Assembly (NCBI GenBank): GCA_951406725.2
Contig: OX597817.1
Span: 118,358,001 to 118,422,000 of the forward strand
Direction: 5' to 3'
Length of the DNA: 64,000 bases
DNA from: Octopus vulgaris
Lineage: Eukaryota
The notes under the pieces were generated by a model. It worked only from the letters and a program-made list of their open reading frames with translations, was not told the origin of the DNA and ran no database searches. Numbering within the stretch: the stretch's first letter is position 1; every line of letters begins with the position of its first letter. Both the position numbers and the translations under genes were made by a program. This document shows positions 41,803-54,422 of this stretch, in pieces.

Positions 41803-41869
41803 TTATTATTATTATTATTACTACTACTACTACTACTACTATTATTATTATTATTATTACTACTACTAC

Positions 41870-41897
<28 letters not shown>

Positions 41898-41901
<4 letters not shown>

Positions 41902-42930
41902 GGTTGACTTTTGCTTTGTATTTGTACAACTTGTCTCCACGTCTCACACAGAGACCTCAAGAGATAACAGATTAGAAGTTCGTGTTGGTGTTATGCCTAG
42001 GGTATCATATATTTCCGTTTGCACATAGTATTGTTGTAGAAAATGTTTATGTTATGTGCCAGCATACTACATTCACTTATTATATGAGTAACGCTTTCCT
42101 CCTTTGATCTACGCAACCTACATCGGGAATCTATTTGGTTTTTATCTATCTTGACTTTTATCCAATTAGTCCTTAATGTTTGATCTTGTCCAGCTACTAT
42201 CAAATTCTCTCTCTCACTCTTTCTCTCTCTCTCTCTCTCTCTCCCTCTTCAGCTTTCCTTTCTGCAACCATAACCATGTCTCGCTACTACTATTTGCAGT
42301 AACTATTTGGGAATCTACCACGCAACGTCTTCTCCTGCCACTCAGATAATTTCTGTCCTTTTTTCTGATTTTTAACTTCGTTTTTGTTCCTGGTTTCTCT
42401 GTCTTGCTGTGACTCTAGCAGTTTTTGATAATCTTTCTTCACTATTACCTACCTTGGAAGATTTATATAATCTAGCTAAACACGCAGTCTGCTACTGATA
42501 TTAACTCTCTTCCGCCTTACCTTCTACGTATGTATAATCTTGCTACTGGCGCCCTTGGGTGAAGACCTTCAGTCATATTGAATTCCTTCCTAGTTCTTCT
42601 GTCTAGCTTTGCAAATTCAGTTTTTGACCAACCAACAACAGCTGCTGAGTATCTAAGTAATGATACTGCCCACGTATTTATAGCTTCACTAGATGCAGGT
42701 CATTTAGCATTGATTCATTAGCTTCTTCACACTTCTGATGTACTCCTCAATTTTTGTTTTCATTTCTATAGTTAGTACTTTGCCAGATAGTCGAAGACTC
42801 TTATAACTGACTCCTCCTTTCAATGATTTTAATGTGTGGCCATCTGGTAATTCGATGCTTTCGCTCTTAATTACCAGTCCCCTTCTCATGACTAATACTA
42901 TACATTTATCAGTACCAAATTCCATGCCGA
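41898..42930 (-). mobile_element. R4/Dong-type fragment lacking the RLE domain, with family-C 3'UTR
   Basis: MEFGTDKC, AINTWAVSLLRY, IVAGQDQTLRTN...CRL...ESVTHIISEC, then a direct jump at ~42050 to the 3'UTR shared with 41420. Confidence 0.8.
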
Positions 42931-43085
42931 AGAATATTACTATATATATATATATATATATACGACGGGCTTCTTTCAGTTTGTTTTTCTTAAATAGACC
43001 GCTTCCTTCAAGTCTTCCATAGGTCTTAATCTAATTGTAATTGGATTAGATTTGTTTTTGAATGGGGAGTCCGGTCTAGCACATA

Positions 43086-43244
43086 TTGTTATTCGGCGTG
43101 GGGCTATTTTTGTTGTTATTCAGCGAGAGGTTCTTTTTTGTTGTTATTCAGCGCGGGGTTCTTTCTATTGTTATTCAGGGCGGGGCTCTCTTTCTGTAGT
43201 TATTCAACGCGAGGCTCTTTTTCTTGTTATTCAGCGCGGGGCTC
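43086..43244. repeat. ~27-29 bp minisatellite, 6 units (TTGTTATTCAGCGCGGGGCTC + T-rich)
   Basis: Units start at ~43086, 43113, 43141, 43168, 43197, 43224. Confidence 0.85.
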
Positions 43245-43251
43245 TTCTTCT

Positions 43252-43283
<32 letters not shown>

Positions 43284-43309
43284 TTCTTCTTCTTCTTTTT
43301 CTTCTTCTT

Positions 43310-43377
<68 letters not shown>

Positions 43378-43381
<4 letters not shown>

Positions 43382-43435
43382 TAGTTTTATTTTTATTTTT
43401 ATAGCGTGCTTTCACTTCACTACCGAGCGCAGCTC
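43378..43435 (-). mobile_element. Terminal ~58 bp of Dong family A 3'UTR
   Basis: Matches 38678-38727 and 39093-39145; followed by an (AAT)n tail. Confidence 0.85.
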
Positions 43436-43514
43436 ATTATTATTTTTTTTTTTTTTTTGTTCTCCTTCTCCTCATCCTCCTCCTCATCATCATCATCATT
43501 ATTATTATCATTCT

Positions 43515-44802
43515 ATAACTGTTCAATATTTGGTAGAATGAGGCAAATGTCTACTGCATCACCTGCTACAACTTACTGGGGTCTGTGCAGCATTGTGTGT
43601 TCGTTTCTGCTGTTGGGAATGTGCGAACTCTTCCCGGTACTGTAGTGTGTCAGCTTTTTTCTTGAGGTGTGGTGCTGTCTTTTGTTGTGTCACTGCTTGT
43701 ATTGTGTGTTATGTGCATAATGCTTGGCTTGCTGGTGGGAGTTTATTTCACTGGGTAAATGCGGTATAGAGTGTGTCTTGTATTTGTAGGTTGTTTTGTT
43801 TAGGTTGTATTATTGGATGGATGGTGACTTGCGTAGGATGTGGGCTGTTCCTATCAGGGCTATTTTTTGGATAGTGTGTAGAGTTGAGGATCCAGGTATA
43901 GCTTCTATGTTTTTGTTCATATTTTTATATCATATCCAGTGCTCCAATTGTTATTGGTATTGTTTTTACCTTCATGCCCCACATTTTGAATACTTCAATT
44001 TCGAGGTCTTTGTACTTCGACAATTTCTCCACTACTTTTTGACAATATTTTGATCAGAAGAGACTGCAATGTCTATCAGTAAGCTGATGCTTTTTGCCCC
44101 CCAATCCTTGACTATTATGCATGAGTTATTAGCTTTTGTCTCTTTGTCGGTTTGAACCGGCATATCCCAGATGATTGTGGCCTGTTCGTTGTCTTGTACC
44201 TTGCTTGACACATGCTTATACCACCTGCTGTCAGTTTTAATGTTTTAATGTTGGCCTATTGTCCTGAGTGGTTATTTCGTATGTACACATGTTCAGACAT
44301 GGCAAGAACTGGGCAGCCCGAGATTATGTGGCCAAGTGTCTCATTGTACTAGTTGCACATTCTGCATCTGGTGTTGAGGCTTGTTATCGTTATTTTGTTT
44401 TTATAATTTTTTGTACTCAAACATTGGTCTTGTGCAACGAGGATCAGTCCTTCCGTTTCGGCTTTTAGTCCTGAGCTTTTGAGCCATTGATGGATTATAC
44501 TTAGGCTCTCTTCCTTTCTGTCAAGCCTTGTAGTGATTTTTCTCTCCATTTCTTCTCCAGGATCTTTTGTAATTCAGTTTTCATGTTTTTTGTCTTTTTG
44601 ATCATTTCTATTATGTTGTCATCTGAGGTAAATGTGTTAGTGCTGTTTGCTTCTGATTTGTATTTCATTACCGCCTTGTGTATAGCGAAAAGCGTTTTCT
44701 TTCTCTCATATTCTTTTACTACATGCAGTAGTCTTCCACTCTTTGTTTCTAAGTAATTGGCTAGTCCAACTCTTTATATTTTATAGTAATTTTCAATCTG
44801 TG
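43515..44802 (-). mobile_element. R4/Dong family B, 5'-truncated
   Basis: QWLKSSGLKAETEGLILVAQDQCL, RCRMC...HIISGCPVLA, IQKIALIGTAHILR; 3'UTR differs from family A. Confidence 0.85.
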
Positions 44803-44829
44803 TCAGGTCACAGACTCCTTCTGAATGGG

Positions 44830-47800
44830 GTCTTTGTATTTTGAAAGTTTCTCCATTTCTTTTAGAGACACGTTGTTATTTGCCGGTATTGTTACATCAA
44901 TTAGAAAGCATTTTTTTTCTTCATGATCTCTGACAACTATATCTGGTCTGTTGGCCTTAATTTCTCTATCTGTGTGTATCGGCATATCCGAGAGTATGGT
45001 TGCTTTCTCGTTTTCTGTGAACTTTTCTGGTGTGTGCCTATACCATTTTTTTCTGTTGTTATTCCATAATGTTGGCATAGCTTCCAGTGTATGAAGGTTC
45101 CAACTCAGTCATGTCTGTGAATATATTCCTTCTTAGCCAGAACTGGGCAGCCAGAGATAATATGATTTATTGTTTCTTGTCCATCTCCACATATTCTGCA
45201 GTTACTTGTAATATTTATTTTCATTACATGTTTTTGGTAATTTCTGAGGGGGAGGCTTTCGTCATGTGCTGCAATTAAAAATCCCGCTGTCTCTGCTTTG
45301 AGTCCTGAGCTTCTCAACCATTGCTGGGATTTTTCATTGTCTATTTCTTTTGCGTTTAGTTTAGTCCAGTATTTACCATGAAGGGGCTTTTCTTGCCATC
45401 GTTTTATCATGGTTCGTTGCTGTTCTATTTTTAGCTTGGATTTCATTTGATTTGTAGCTTTTGTTGTTTCTTTATCTTCTTCTTCTTCTTCTTCTTCTTC
45501 TTCTTCTTCTTCTTCTTCTTCTTCTTCTTCTTCTTCTTCTTCTTCATCTTCTTCATATTTATTAGGTGGTATGATTTCTTGTTTGTATTTGTCAGCTTCC
45601 TTAAGTACTGAGAACAGTTTTTTGTTTTGCTCGTGTTTTGCCGCTATCTGGATCAGTTTTCCTTCCTTCTGAAGTAGATATTTTTGCAGTCCTATGGTGG
45701 TTATTTTATAGTAGTTTTCCAGCTGTATATGGCCTCTACCACCTTCTATACGTTGTATATATAGTCTTTTCTATGTCAGGGTGATGCATCCTATATCCTG
45801 TCATTATTTTTCTTGTTTTCCTATCTATTTTGCTCAGTTCATTTAGTGTCCAGTTAAGGATATTGTAGCTGTAACTTATAACTGGGACAGCTAAAGTGTT
45901 AATACCTATAATCTTGTTTTTAGCAGTGAGCTCTGCTTTTAGTATTGATCTAACTTGTCTATAATATTCTTTTTTATTTTCTCTTTCATTTGTGTGTGAT
46001 GTGTCTTATCTAGTTCATGGATTCCTAAGTATTTGTAAGTTTGGCTTTGGTCTAAATCTTTTATTTCATTAGTTTTATCTAGTGTGATGTTGCTACTCTT
46101 AACTAGTTTTCCTCTTTTCATGGTTACTTTTGTGCATTTTTCTAATCCAAATTTCATATCTATTGCTTTGGTAAATCCATGAACTGTCTTTAATAGTGTT
46201 TCCAGCTGTTTGTTATTTGCAGCGTATAGTTTTAGGTCATCCATATATAAAAGGTGGCTGATCGTTTTCCGTAACATTTATATCCGCATCCAGTTCTATT
46301 TAGCATATCAGATAGAGGTGACAGTGCCAAGCAGAAAAGGAGTGGAGAGAGCGTGTCTCCCTGGAATATTCCTCTTCTAATGGGGATGTCTTTGGTTTTC
46401 ATGAGTCCCTCTTTTGTTTGGAGCAGTAGCACTGTTTGCCATTTATTCATAGAGTGCTAGTCTTTCGAGGATCCATGTGTGGCGGATGCTATCAAACGCC
46501 TTTTTGTAGTCGATCCAGGCCATACTGAGGCCTTTCTTCTTTCTGTGGCTGTCTTTAGTTATGGCTTTATTAATCATTAGTTGATCTTTACAGCCATATG
46601 AGCCTTTGCGGGATCCTTTCTGCTCTTCTGGGAACAGTTTGTTTTCGTCCAGGTGCTTGTTCAACCTTTGCGATATCACTGCAGTAAATGCCTTGAACAT
46701 TGTAGAGAGACAGGGTATTGGTCTGTAGTTTTCTGGTTTTGCTGTCTCATTTAATTTGGGAATTAAGATGGTTTTTCCCCTTTCCCATTCAGGCATTGTC
46801 TCTGGCTCTGCTAGTATGTTGTTAAAGTTTTCAGCCAGCTTTTTGTGCATTCCTGTTAGATATTTCAACCAGAAGTTGGGGATCTTGTCATGCCCAGGTG
46901 CCTTCCAGTTGCTTAGTCTTTGCAGTGCCTGAGTGACCTCTTCAGTTGTAATGGGGGTCCAAAGTTGTTCAGATGCCGAGTTTGTTGTTTTGATGCTCTT
47001 TTTTTTTGGGTTGTTCGTTCGCCGACCATATTTCTCTCCAGAATTCTTCCACTTCTGCCGTTGGTGTTGCTGTGATTTCTATTTTATTTTTGCCAAGTTC
47101 TTGGTAGAATTTTTGGGGTTGGAGTTGAACTTTTTGTTTTGTTCAAAGAAACGCTGGCGTTTCTCGTACCGGTGGATCCTTTGTGCTTTGGCAAGGATAT
47201 CTTGCTTCAGCTTTTCTTTTATCTCAGGTAAATCTTTTTCTGTGATGTTATATTTGCGGAGTATTTTTGTTTTCTTTTTGTTGCTCAGTAGCGTTGATTG
47301 TCTGCTGATTTCATTAAGAATCGACAGATCTTTTCTCATATTTTGTATTTTGTTTTGGATGTTATTTATCCACAGGATTTGTTTGGGTGGTGGTACTCCT
47401 GTTTGAATGGGTTTGAGTAAGTATCCAGCTTCTTTTGTGGCTGCAGTGGCTGCTGCGTATACTAAGTAATTTAGCTCAGTTATATCGCTTTTTGTTTCAG
47501 TGGCTATTAGTTCCGTGACGGCTAGATTTATACTGTTTATAATTGGTGTTGTTTCGTCTATTTTGATTCTTGGGAGGTATGGTCGGTGGTCCATTTTGAG
47601 CTCTGTGGTTTTCAGTTCTTTGATTATTTTACTTTTTATATTATTATTTTATATTATATTATTATTTTATATTATATTATTTTACTTTTTATATTATCAT
47701 AATCATTAGGCTCACCTTCGTTGTTTCTAGGTTTTAGATTTGTGTCGCTTTCTTTCTTATTTATATGTTTCTTTGTCGTGTTTTGTCTTACTGTTTGTCG

Positions 47801-48836
47801 TGTATTATTATGCATCCTTACGGTCTGGGTTTGTTGTTTTTTGTTTACATCGTGTTTGTTAGGAATTTTACGTTTTTATATTATCACAATAATTAGGCTC
47901 CCCTTCGTTGTTTCCAGGTTTTAGATTTGTGTCGCTTTCTTTCTTATTTATATGTTTGTTTGCCGTGTTTTGGCTTGCTGTTTGTCGTGTATTATTATGC
48001 ATCTTTACGGTCTGGGTTTGTTTTTTTGTTTACATCGTGTTTGTTGGGAATGTTACGTTTGTCTTCGTGTTTTACTGTTTCAGTGTTTATATTATTGGGC
48101 ATTGTTGTGTGGCTTCTATCTACATTTTCCTGGTGTATTTTTCCTTTTAGATGTTCTATTTCTATTTCTGATTTTTTTTGAGTTGAGAATGTATCTTTGT
48201 ACGTTAGCTAGTTTATTAGGTTCATTGCTGTATCCAAGTCTATATTTATGTTATTTTCCTTCCATATTTTATATGTATGTGTTGTTGTGTTTTCATTTTT
48301 TGGGTAGAGCACTGCTGTGAAGTATGCGTGTAGTATAGAAATGTATTCCTCACGTGTCCATTTATGTCTTTTGGGTTTTATTTGCGGGACATGAGGAACA
48401 ACGTCCGGCACATTACTTTGACGGTCGTCATTTTCGTAGGGTACCGGTCCATTCATTGTTTTGCACGTGTAGTTTTTCGTACATTTTGCGTTGTAAGTTT
48501 AAAGTACGTACCTCCCGATTGTTATTCTTGGGTTGAATAATATCGGTGGTATTTAATTTCTTCGTAGTTCCTTTGTACATGGTGTTTGGGGTCGGGGATG
48601 ATCTGGTGTTGATGGATCGTAATGCCTACGCATGTTTACATGTGTTGTGTTAGAGGTGGAGATGATATCGAGTGAAAATACATCATTTCGTTTCGAAAAT
48701 AGTAATAAATTTCAATGAGTATTACTTACTCGGGTACAGTCCAATCCTTTGTTAGTAAATCTTTGGCTCCATACGATGTCCTTGTTTTCGATGTTTGTGG
48801 ATAGATTTCAGAGCTCTGTTTTATCGTTCTTACATC
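44830..48836 (-). mobile_element. R4/Dong family A, near full-length, frameshifted RT-RLE ORF
   Basis: N-terminal RHKWTREE motif; RT motifs NYRPI, EEQKG, WIDYKKAFDS, GIFQGDTLSPLLF, LLYMDDLKLY, FGLEKC, YKYLG; CCHC knuckle; RPDIVV...IDVTIP...EKLSKY; inferred 5' end abuts (TAA)n at 48837. Confidence 0.95.
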
Positions 48837-48898
<62 letters not shown>

Positions 48899-48982
48899 AT
48901 TATTATTATAATTATTATTATTATTATGATTATAATTATGATTATAATTATTATTATTAATATGATTATAATAATAATAATG

Positions 48983-49032
<50 letters not shown>

Positions 49033-49164
49033 GGGTATGATTGGAAGTGCCAGTTATTCACAGCTAGCAGACGAAGTACCAGTTGAGCACTGGGGTCGAT
49101 GTAATGGATTAGGACCCTCTCTTCAAAACTTTCGGACCTTGTGACTATAGTAGAAAGGATTATT

Positions 49165-49232
<68 letters not shown>
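48837..49232. repeat. (TTA)n microsatellites around a SINE family 3 tail fragment (49070-49163)
   Basis: Direct reading; AAGTACCAGTTGAGCACTGGGGTCGATGTAAT. Confidence 0.85.
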
Positions 49233-49233
<1 letters not shown>

Positions 49234-49907
49234 TTACATCCAATATTTCGCATTGCAGTACATTCTCTTCGACAGAATTGGCTAGATATTTCAGCGTTTA
49301 TCGGCAAAAACAATCTTTCCGGTGGTACTGAACACTATTTATACTCCCAGGGAATATCGGTTATTCAACAGTACCTGTACCAAACTTAGTTTAGTCACAC
49401 TCTTATATGTTTTGCCGGTATTGTATATTTGCATATGTGTTGACAGAAATACAAAAATAGAAAAGGAAAGAGAGAAAGAGACAGACAAACTGAGACTGAG
49501 AGAGACACCCACAGACAAAGAGAGAGACAGACAGAGACAGACAGAAAGACGAAGACAGACAGACAGAGATAGACAGAACGTTATATGCAGTTGTCTGGTG
49601 ATTCAGTATTGGAAGTATCTTGATTGTTGACATGTGACGAGCATAGAAATATTATATAACTACTACAGGTATGAATAATAATTATTGCAATGTATGTCTT
49701 TTATTGCAGCTGCTAGACGCTTTCAATTTTGCATGTCACCTGTTGATATATTCTAAACAAATTAGCATAGCCACCTAATTTATCATGCGAAATCTAAAAG
49801 CTAAGGAAGCCATATGAGCATGCTGCACATCCATATTATTCTCTACATAGTGACCTCCATACTTATCACAAAAATCTCTGTCCATCTTTATATTATATAT
49901 TCTTGTA

Positions 49908-49945
<38 letters not shown>

Positions 49946-49971
49946 GTCTTTTCAAGTATCCATAAGTTTGA

Positions 49972-50053
49972 AAAACACAGGAACTCACATACTTATTGAA
50001 AGAGTGGTCATACTAAAACACAGGAACTCACATACTTATAGAAAGAGTGGTCA
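49972..50053. repeat. Tandem duplication, 43 bp period
   Basis: AAAACACAGGAACTCACATACTTAT(T/A)GAAAGAGTGGTCA occurs twice. Confidence 0.9.
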
Positions 50054-50308
50054 ACTAGATGAATGTCAGCCAATTTTGCCAATCGGTTTCGTACACGACT
50101 CAGGTGATACCCTCAGACAACGCTCTTCAGAAGTGCTGGCATAAAAATGACGGTTATTTACTACTCTTTGTCGAAAAGTCTCCCACCTGGCTTGCATGTG
50201 TGTGCAATCTGCATAAACATATACGTGCATATATGTATACACACACCTATGTGTATACGTGATTGAGAAGAGTCACTGGATTCGGATGCTCGTTTTCCTT
50301 GAACATGT

Positions 50309-50630
50309 TTTTTTTATCTTTTATGCGCATTTTTCAAGCCTAGCCAGGCTCATGGATCCGGTATCCCGGTTTCTGTGGCGTATGTGTTCCCCCCAGCTGA
50401 ACGGGATGCCAGTCCATCGCAGCGTTACTCAAGAAACAGGAAGAGAGAGTGAGAGAAAGTCGGGGCGAAAGAGTACAATACGGGTCGTCACCGCCACCCC
50501 CTGCCGGAGCATCGTGGAAATTTAGGTGTTTTCGCTCAATAAACACACAAAACGCCCGGTCTGGGAATCGAAACTACGATCCTCCGACCGCGAGTCCGCT
50601 GCCCTAGCCACTGGGCCCTTGCGCCTCCAC
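50309..50630 (-). mobile_element. SINE family 2, tail type c, with 12-bp TSD
   Basis: tRNA-like head; A-rich tail; flanking CCTTGAACA(T/C)GT at 50297-50308 and 50631-50642. Confidence 0.9.
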
Positions 50631-51119
50631 CCTTGAACACGTACATAGTATATTATCATAAAAAGCCACTGATATGCATAGACATACACTAACAAGTAAA
50701 TACACTACTCGTATCTGACGAACGGGTTGCCTTGGGCTAGATGATTAAAGGAAAATATAGTCTATGCATTTATTAAAAGAGTGATATATCTATTGACAAA
50801 TAATATACTGTGTATTTGATAATCATGTGTGACTACGGATTTTTATTTATCAGTTTGTCGTATAATATATTTGCTCAATACTTTAACAAGATAACCTGTC
50901 TAGAGTTGTAATTAGTTTCACACAGACGTGGGATCGAGGTGGGGGATGGAAGTTAACTTCCATCCGTAGTAAATACAGATAAACAACTTTCAGGAATTAT
51001 ACTGGTTTGTTAAGACGGAAGGTTGCGGATTATTTTTCTTTATCGAAGATGAGTAGAAAAAAAGTTTTTTTCATATACTACGTAAGCGATTGAAGTTGCC
51101 CAGTGTGCGACAAAAAATA

Positions 51120-51912
51120 GAAGAGTTACGGAATGGAGTAGGAAGAGAACCCAGGCTACATTCTTCATAGCCAATGAAACCTCAGGACTGGTATATCCAG
51201 GTGAGATGTATTCCGCCGGCTTGTCTTCTGGCCAAGGATATCTTGATTAGATTAAAGGCTATATTGTCGCAACGAGGTACATGTTGACGCGAAGGGGATT
51301 GAATCAGAATGTGTAGGGAGAAATAAGTGTTAGACGAGAAGAAAGAATGGAAATGAAAAATAAATATAAAATAAGAATAAGAGAAAGTTGGATTTGGGCA
51401 GCTGTTATCTCAATTTAACACCTTCACTACACACTAACCATGCTTAAATTCCCCACCCTACTTTGCTTTATTCATACATACTTTCTTCCCACAGCCAAAA
51501 ATATTTCCCCACCTTCTCCCCTCCAATTCATCTTCTCTTCAAATGCTAATTCTGTGATTTAGCTAAACTATTATAATATCTACTACTCTCCAGCCGAAAT
51601 CCACCTTTCTCTCATTCCCCATTATTTTATTTTATTTATTTTTCATTTCCATTCTTTCTTCCCTTCTAATACTTATTTCTCCCTAAATTTATATACCCAT
51701 CACATACTGTGTTCTCCACACATTCTGATTGAATCTTCTTTTCTTCAAAATGTACCTCCTTGCGACAATGTAGCCTTAAATCCGATCAAGATATCCTTGG
51801 CCAGAAGAATAGCCGGAGAAATACACCTCACTTGGATTTACCACTTCTGAGGTTCCACTGGCTATGAAATATATGTAGCCCGGAATTTTAGTACTCCATT
51901 CCGTAACTCTTG
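51120..51912. mobile_element. Foldback/MITE-like element with ~255-290 bp inverted arms
   Basis: TA-GAAGAGTTACGGAATGGAGTA... / ...TACTCCATTCCGTAACTCTTG-TA; arms 51121-51375 and 51625-51911. Confidence 0.7.
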
Positions 51913-51929
51913 TATGGCTGATGGTCACG

Positions 51930-52429
51930 TGGGAGCCACGTGAGCAAGGTAGGATGAGTGAGGGAGAGAGAGTGGCAGAGTAATAGGACAGAATAGTGAG
52001 AGAAGAGGAGGAACATCTTTCTTTCTTCTCCTAACTTGTGTTTCTTTCTCTCCGTTGTAACTGGAACAAGGAAGATGTGTTCTTGTTTGTCTCCCGTCCA
52101 AGCTTAGTTTACGCGTTCGCCACCACAACCTCATTTAGGCTTAGCAGCCCTCCCTGTTTGTTTTCACTGTTCTGTTTGTGTTACCAGTTTTGACCCTCCA
52201 CAAAATCCCAAATTTTATTTAATTTGCTTTGCGCGAGCAGCGTATTTTGTTGTTAAATTCTCGAAATACGAGGCTAGAATAACTGCCAGCAACTGATGAA
52301 GAGTCGTTCTTTTATTTATTTATTTTTCTTTCCATTTGTGTCTTTCGTTGTTCCAAACAATAGTTTACGTTCCATGTAATCGTGCTTCGTATTTTTTGTT
52401 GTACACGTTTCGTGGCGTTCTGTGCCCAC

Positions 52430-52430
<1 letters not shown>
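51930..52430 (+). mobile_element. Interspersed repeat family X
   Basis: Aligns to the reverse complement of 32863-33290; contains CTCGAAATAC...AACTGATGAAGAG. Confidence 0.75.
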
Positions 52431-52460
<30 letters not shown>

Positions 52461-52482
52461 TGTATGTATGTATGTATGTATG

Positions 52483-52539
<57 letters not shown>

Positions 52540-52606
52540 GTAGAGATGTAAGTATGCACATATACGTATGTATATATTCATAGATATACATATATATTAT
52601 TTATAC

Positions 52607-52685
<79 letters not shown>

Positions 52686-52734
52686 TTAGAGAAAGAGAGG
52701 GTCAGAGGGAGAGTGTGTGAGAGATATGTATATG

Positions 52735-53729
52735 TGGGAGAGTCGCCTAACGAAGAAACTCATGGAATGTGACCAAATAAGGTTTATTTTTCAAATTAGT
52801 CCCCCTTGTGGCGCACTTATTCCACCGATGTTGCATGCTTGGATCTATTGGTGAAGAAACTTTCATCCTGTGATGAAAAGACAGTAACAACAGACAGCCT
52901 TCATCGCACTTCGTAACTGCCGCAGCAAGTTGGCATAGTTACTCTCTATTGATGTTGTGGCCCGTTTGAAGCAAATAAATATAATGCATTTTGCATCTTC
53001 AAAACCTGAGGCAATCAGATGAAATGACCTTGGACTTCTTTGGAGTTGGCGTGGAAGGATTATTCCACTTCATTGATTAAAACACATCCTGAGTAAGGAG
53101 ACGTTCAAGGACGCTAGCTGGATCAGCCTCAAACAATGTCAGATGTTCATGTAATGTGATACGACTGGTGCGTTCTTGATTAGGTGTCAGAAGACGTGGC
53201 ATCCACCGGGCATAAACCATTGTCAAACCAAGTTCATTGTACACAATATTCTCAACTCTCTCACAGAATATGCTACTTGTATTGTCTATTTGATTGATAG
53301 TCAATCGTCTGTCATCTATCAGCATGCGGTAATCTCGATCAATATTTCTTCGGTGGTTGCAGTTTTATGATGTCCATCTTCAAGACTTTTGCTTCGTTTT
53401 CTAAATTCGGCTGCACGCGTTTGCACTGTTGATAAAGCTGGAGCGTATCCACCTAATGTAGCAACCATATCAGCATGAATGTCCTTAGGGGCTAAACCCT
53501 TTTTCTGCAGGTACTTGATAACAACACAATGCCAAACTCTGTACATTTTCAAGAGAATTTGCTACTTCTTACGTTTGAAGTCTTCTTTCAACAGTCAGAT
53601 GTCAGTTCTTCTGGAAAGAAACAAAGTAGTTAATATCGAGAGGGGCTGAAAATAACGTATGCAAGATTTCACAGGTCTAGCATGGCTTCTCTACAGTCTG
53701 TATATGAAATTCTCGGCCCAACCACCCCG
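52735..53729 (-). mobile_element. mariner (DD34D, irritans-like) relic, internally deleted
   Basis: VIKYLQKKGLAPKDIHADM...STV, DRRLTI, ARWMPRLLT (WVPxxL), LLTQD. Confidence 0.85.
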
Positions 53730-53779
53730 TATAAAAATACCTGTGTATTATATACATTTATGAATATATATGCGGGAAA

Positions 53780-54178
53780 GATGGTGAGCTGGCAGAAACG
53801 TTAGCACGCCGGGCGAAATGCTTAGCGGTATTTCGTCTGCCGCTACGTTCTGAGTTCAAATTCCGCCGAGGTCGACTTTCCCTTTCATCCTTTCGGGGTC
53901 GATTAAATAAGTACCAGTTACGCACTAGGGTCGATGTAATCGACTTAATCCGTTTGTCTGTCCTTGTTTGTCCCCTCTGTGTTTAGCCCCTTGTGGGTAG
54001 TAAAGACATAGGTATTTCGTCTGTCTTTAGTTTCTGAGTATAAATTCCGCCGAGGTCGACCGTGCCTTTCTTCCTTTCGGGCTCGATAAATTAAATACCA
54101 GTTGCGTACTGGTGTCAACATAATCGACTGGCGCTTATCCCAAAAATTTCGGGCCTTGTTCCTAGAGCAGAAAATAAT
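53780..54178 (+). mobile_element. SINE family 3 with duplicated central domain
   Basis: Head GGTGAGCTGGCAGAAACGTTAGCACGCCGGGC...GAGTTCAAATTCC; GGTCGAC...CCTTTCGGG(G/C)TCGAT...TACCAGTT occurs twice; resembles conserved Meta/MESC-type SINE central domains (from recall). Confidence 0.85.
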
Positions 54179-54287
54179 ATATATACGGAAGGTGGGGTAT
54201 TGTGTGTGTGCGCGTGCGTAAGTGTGGACAATATATAGTTATGTGCATAGTGAAACGTGAGAATTAAATGAATGATGTACACAAGCA

Positions 54288-54371
<84 letters not shown>

Positions 54372-54389
54372 CATACATACATACATACA

Positions 54390-54422
<33 letters not shown>

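Noticed and set aside
43086-43244. CRISPR-like repeat-spacer array
   Set aside because: The intervening parts are only a few T-rich bases, the repeats are degenerate, there are no cas genes, and the context is eukaryotic.
50550-50630. Functional tRNA gene (also 2800-2880 and 19985-20060)
   Set aside because: A/B boxes are present, but there is no acceptor stem or terminator and the sequence continues into a SINE body with a TSD.
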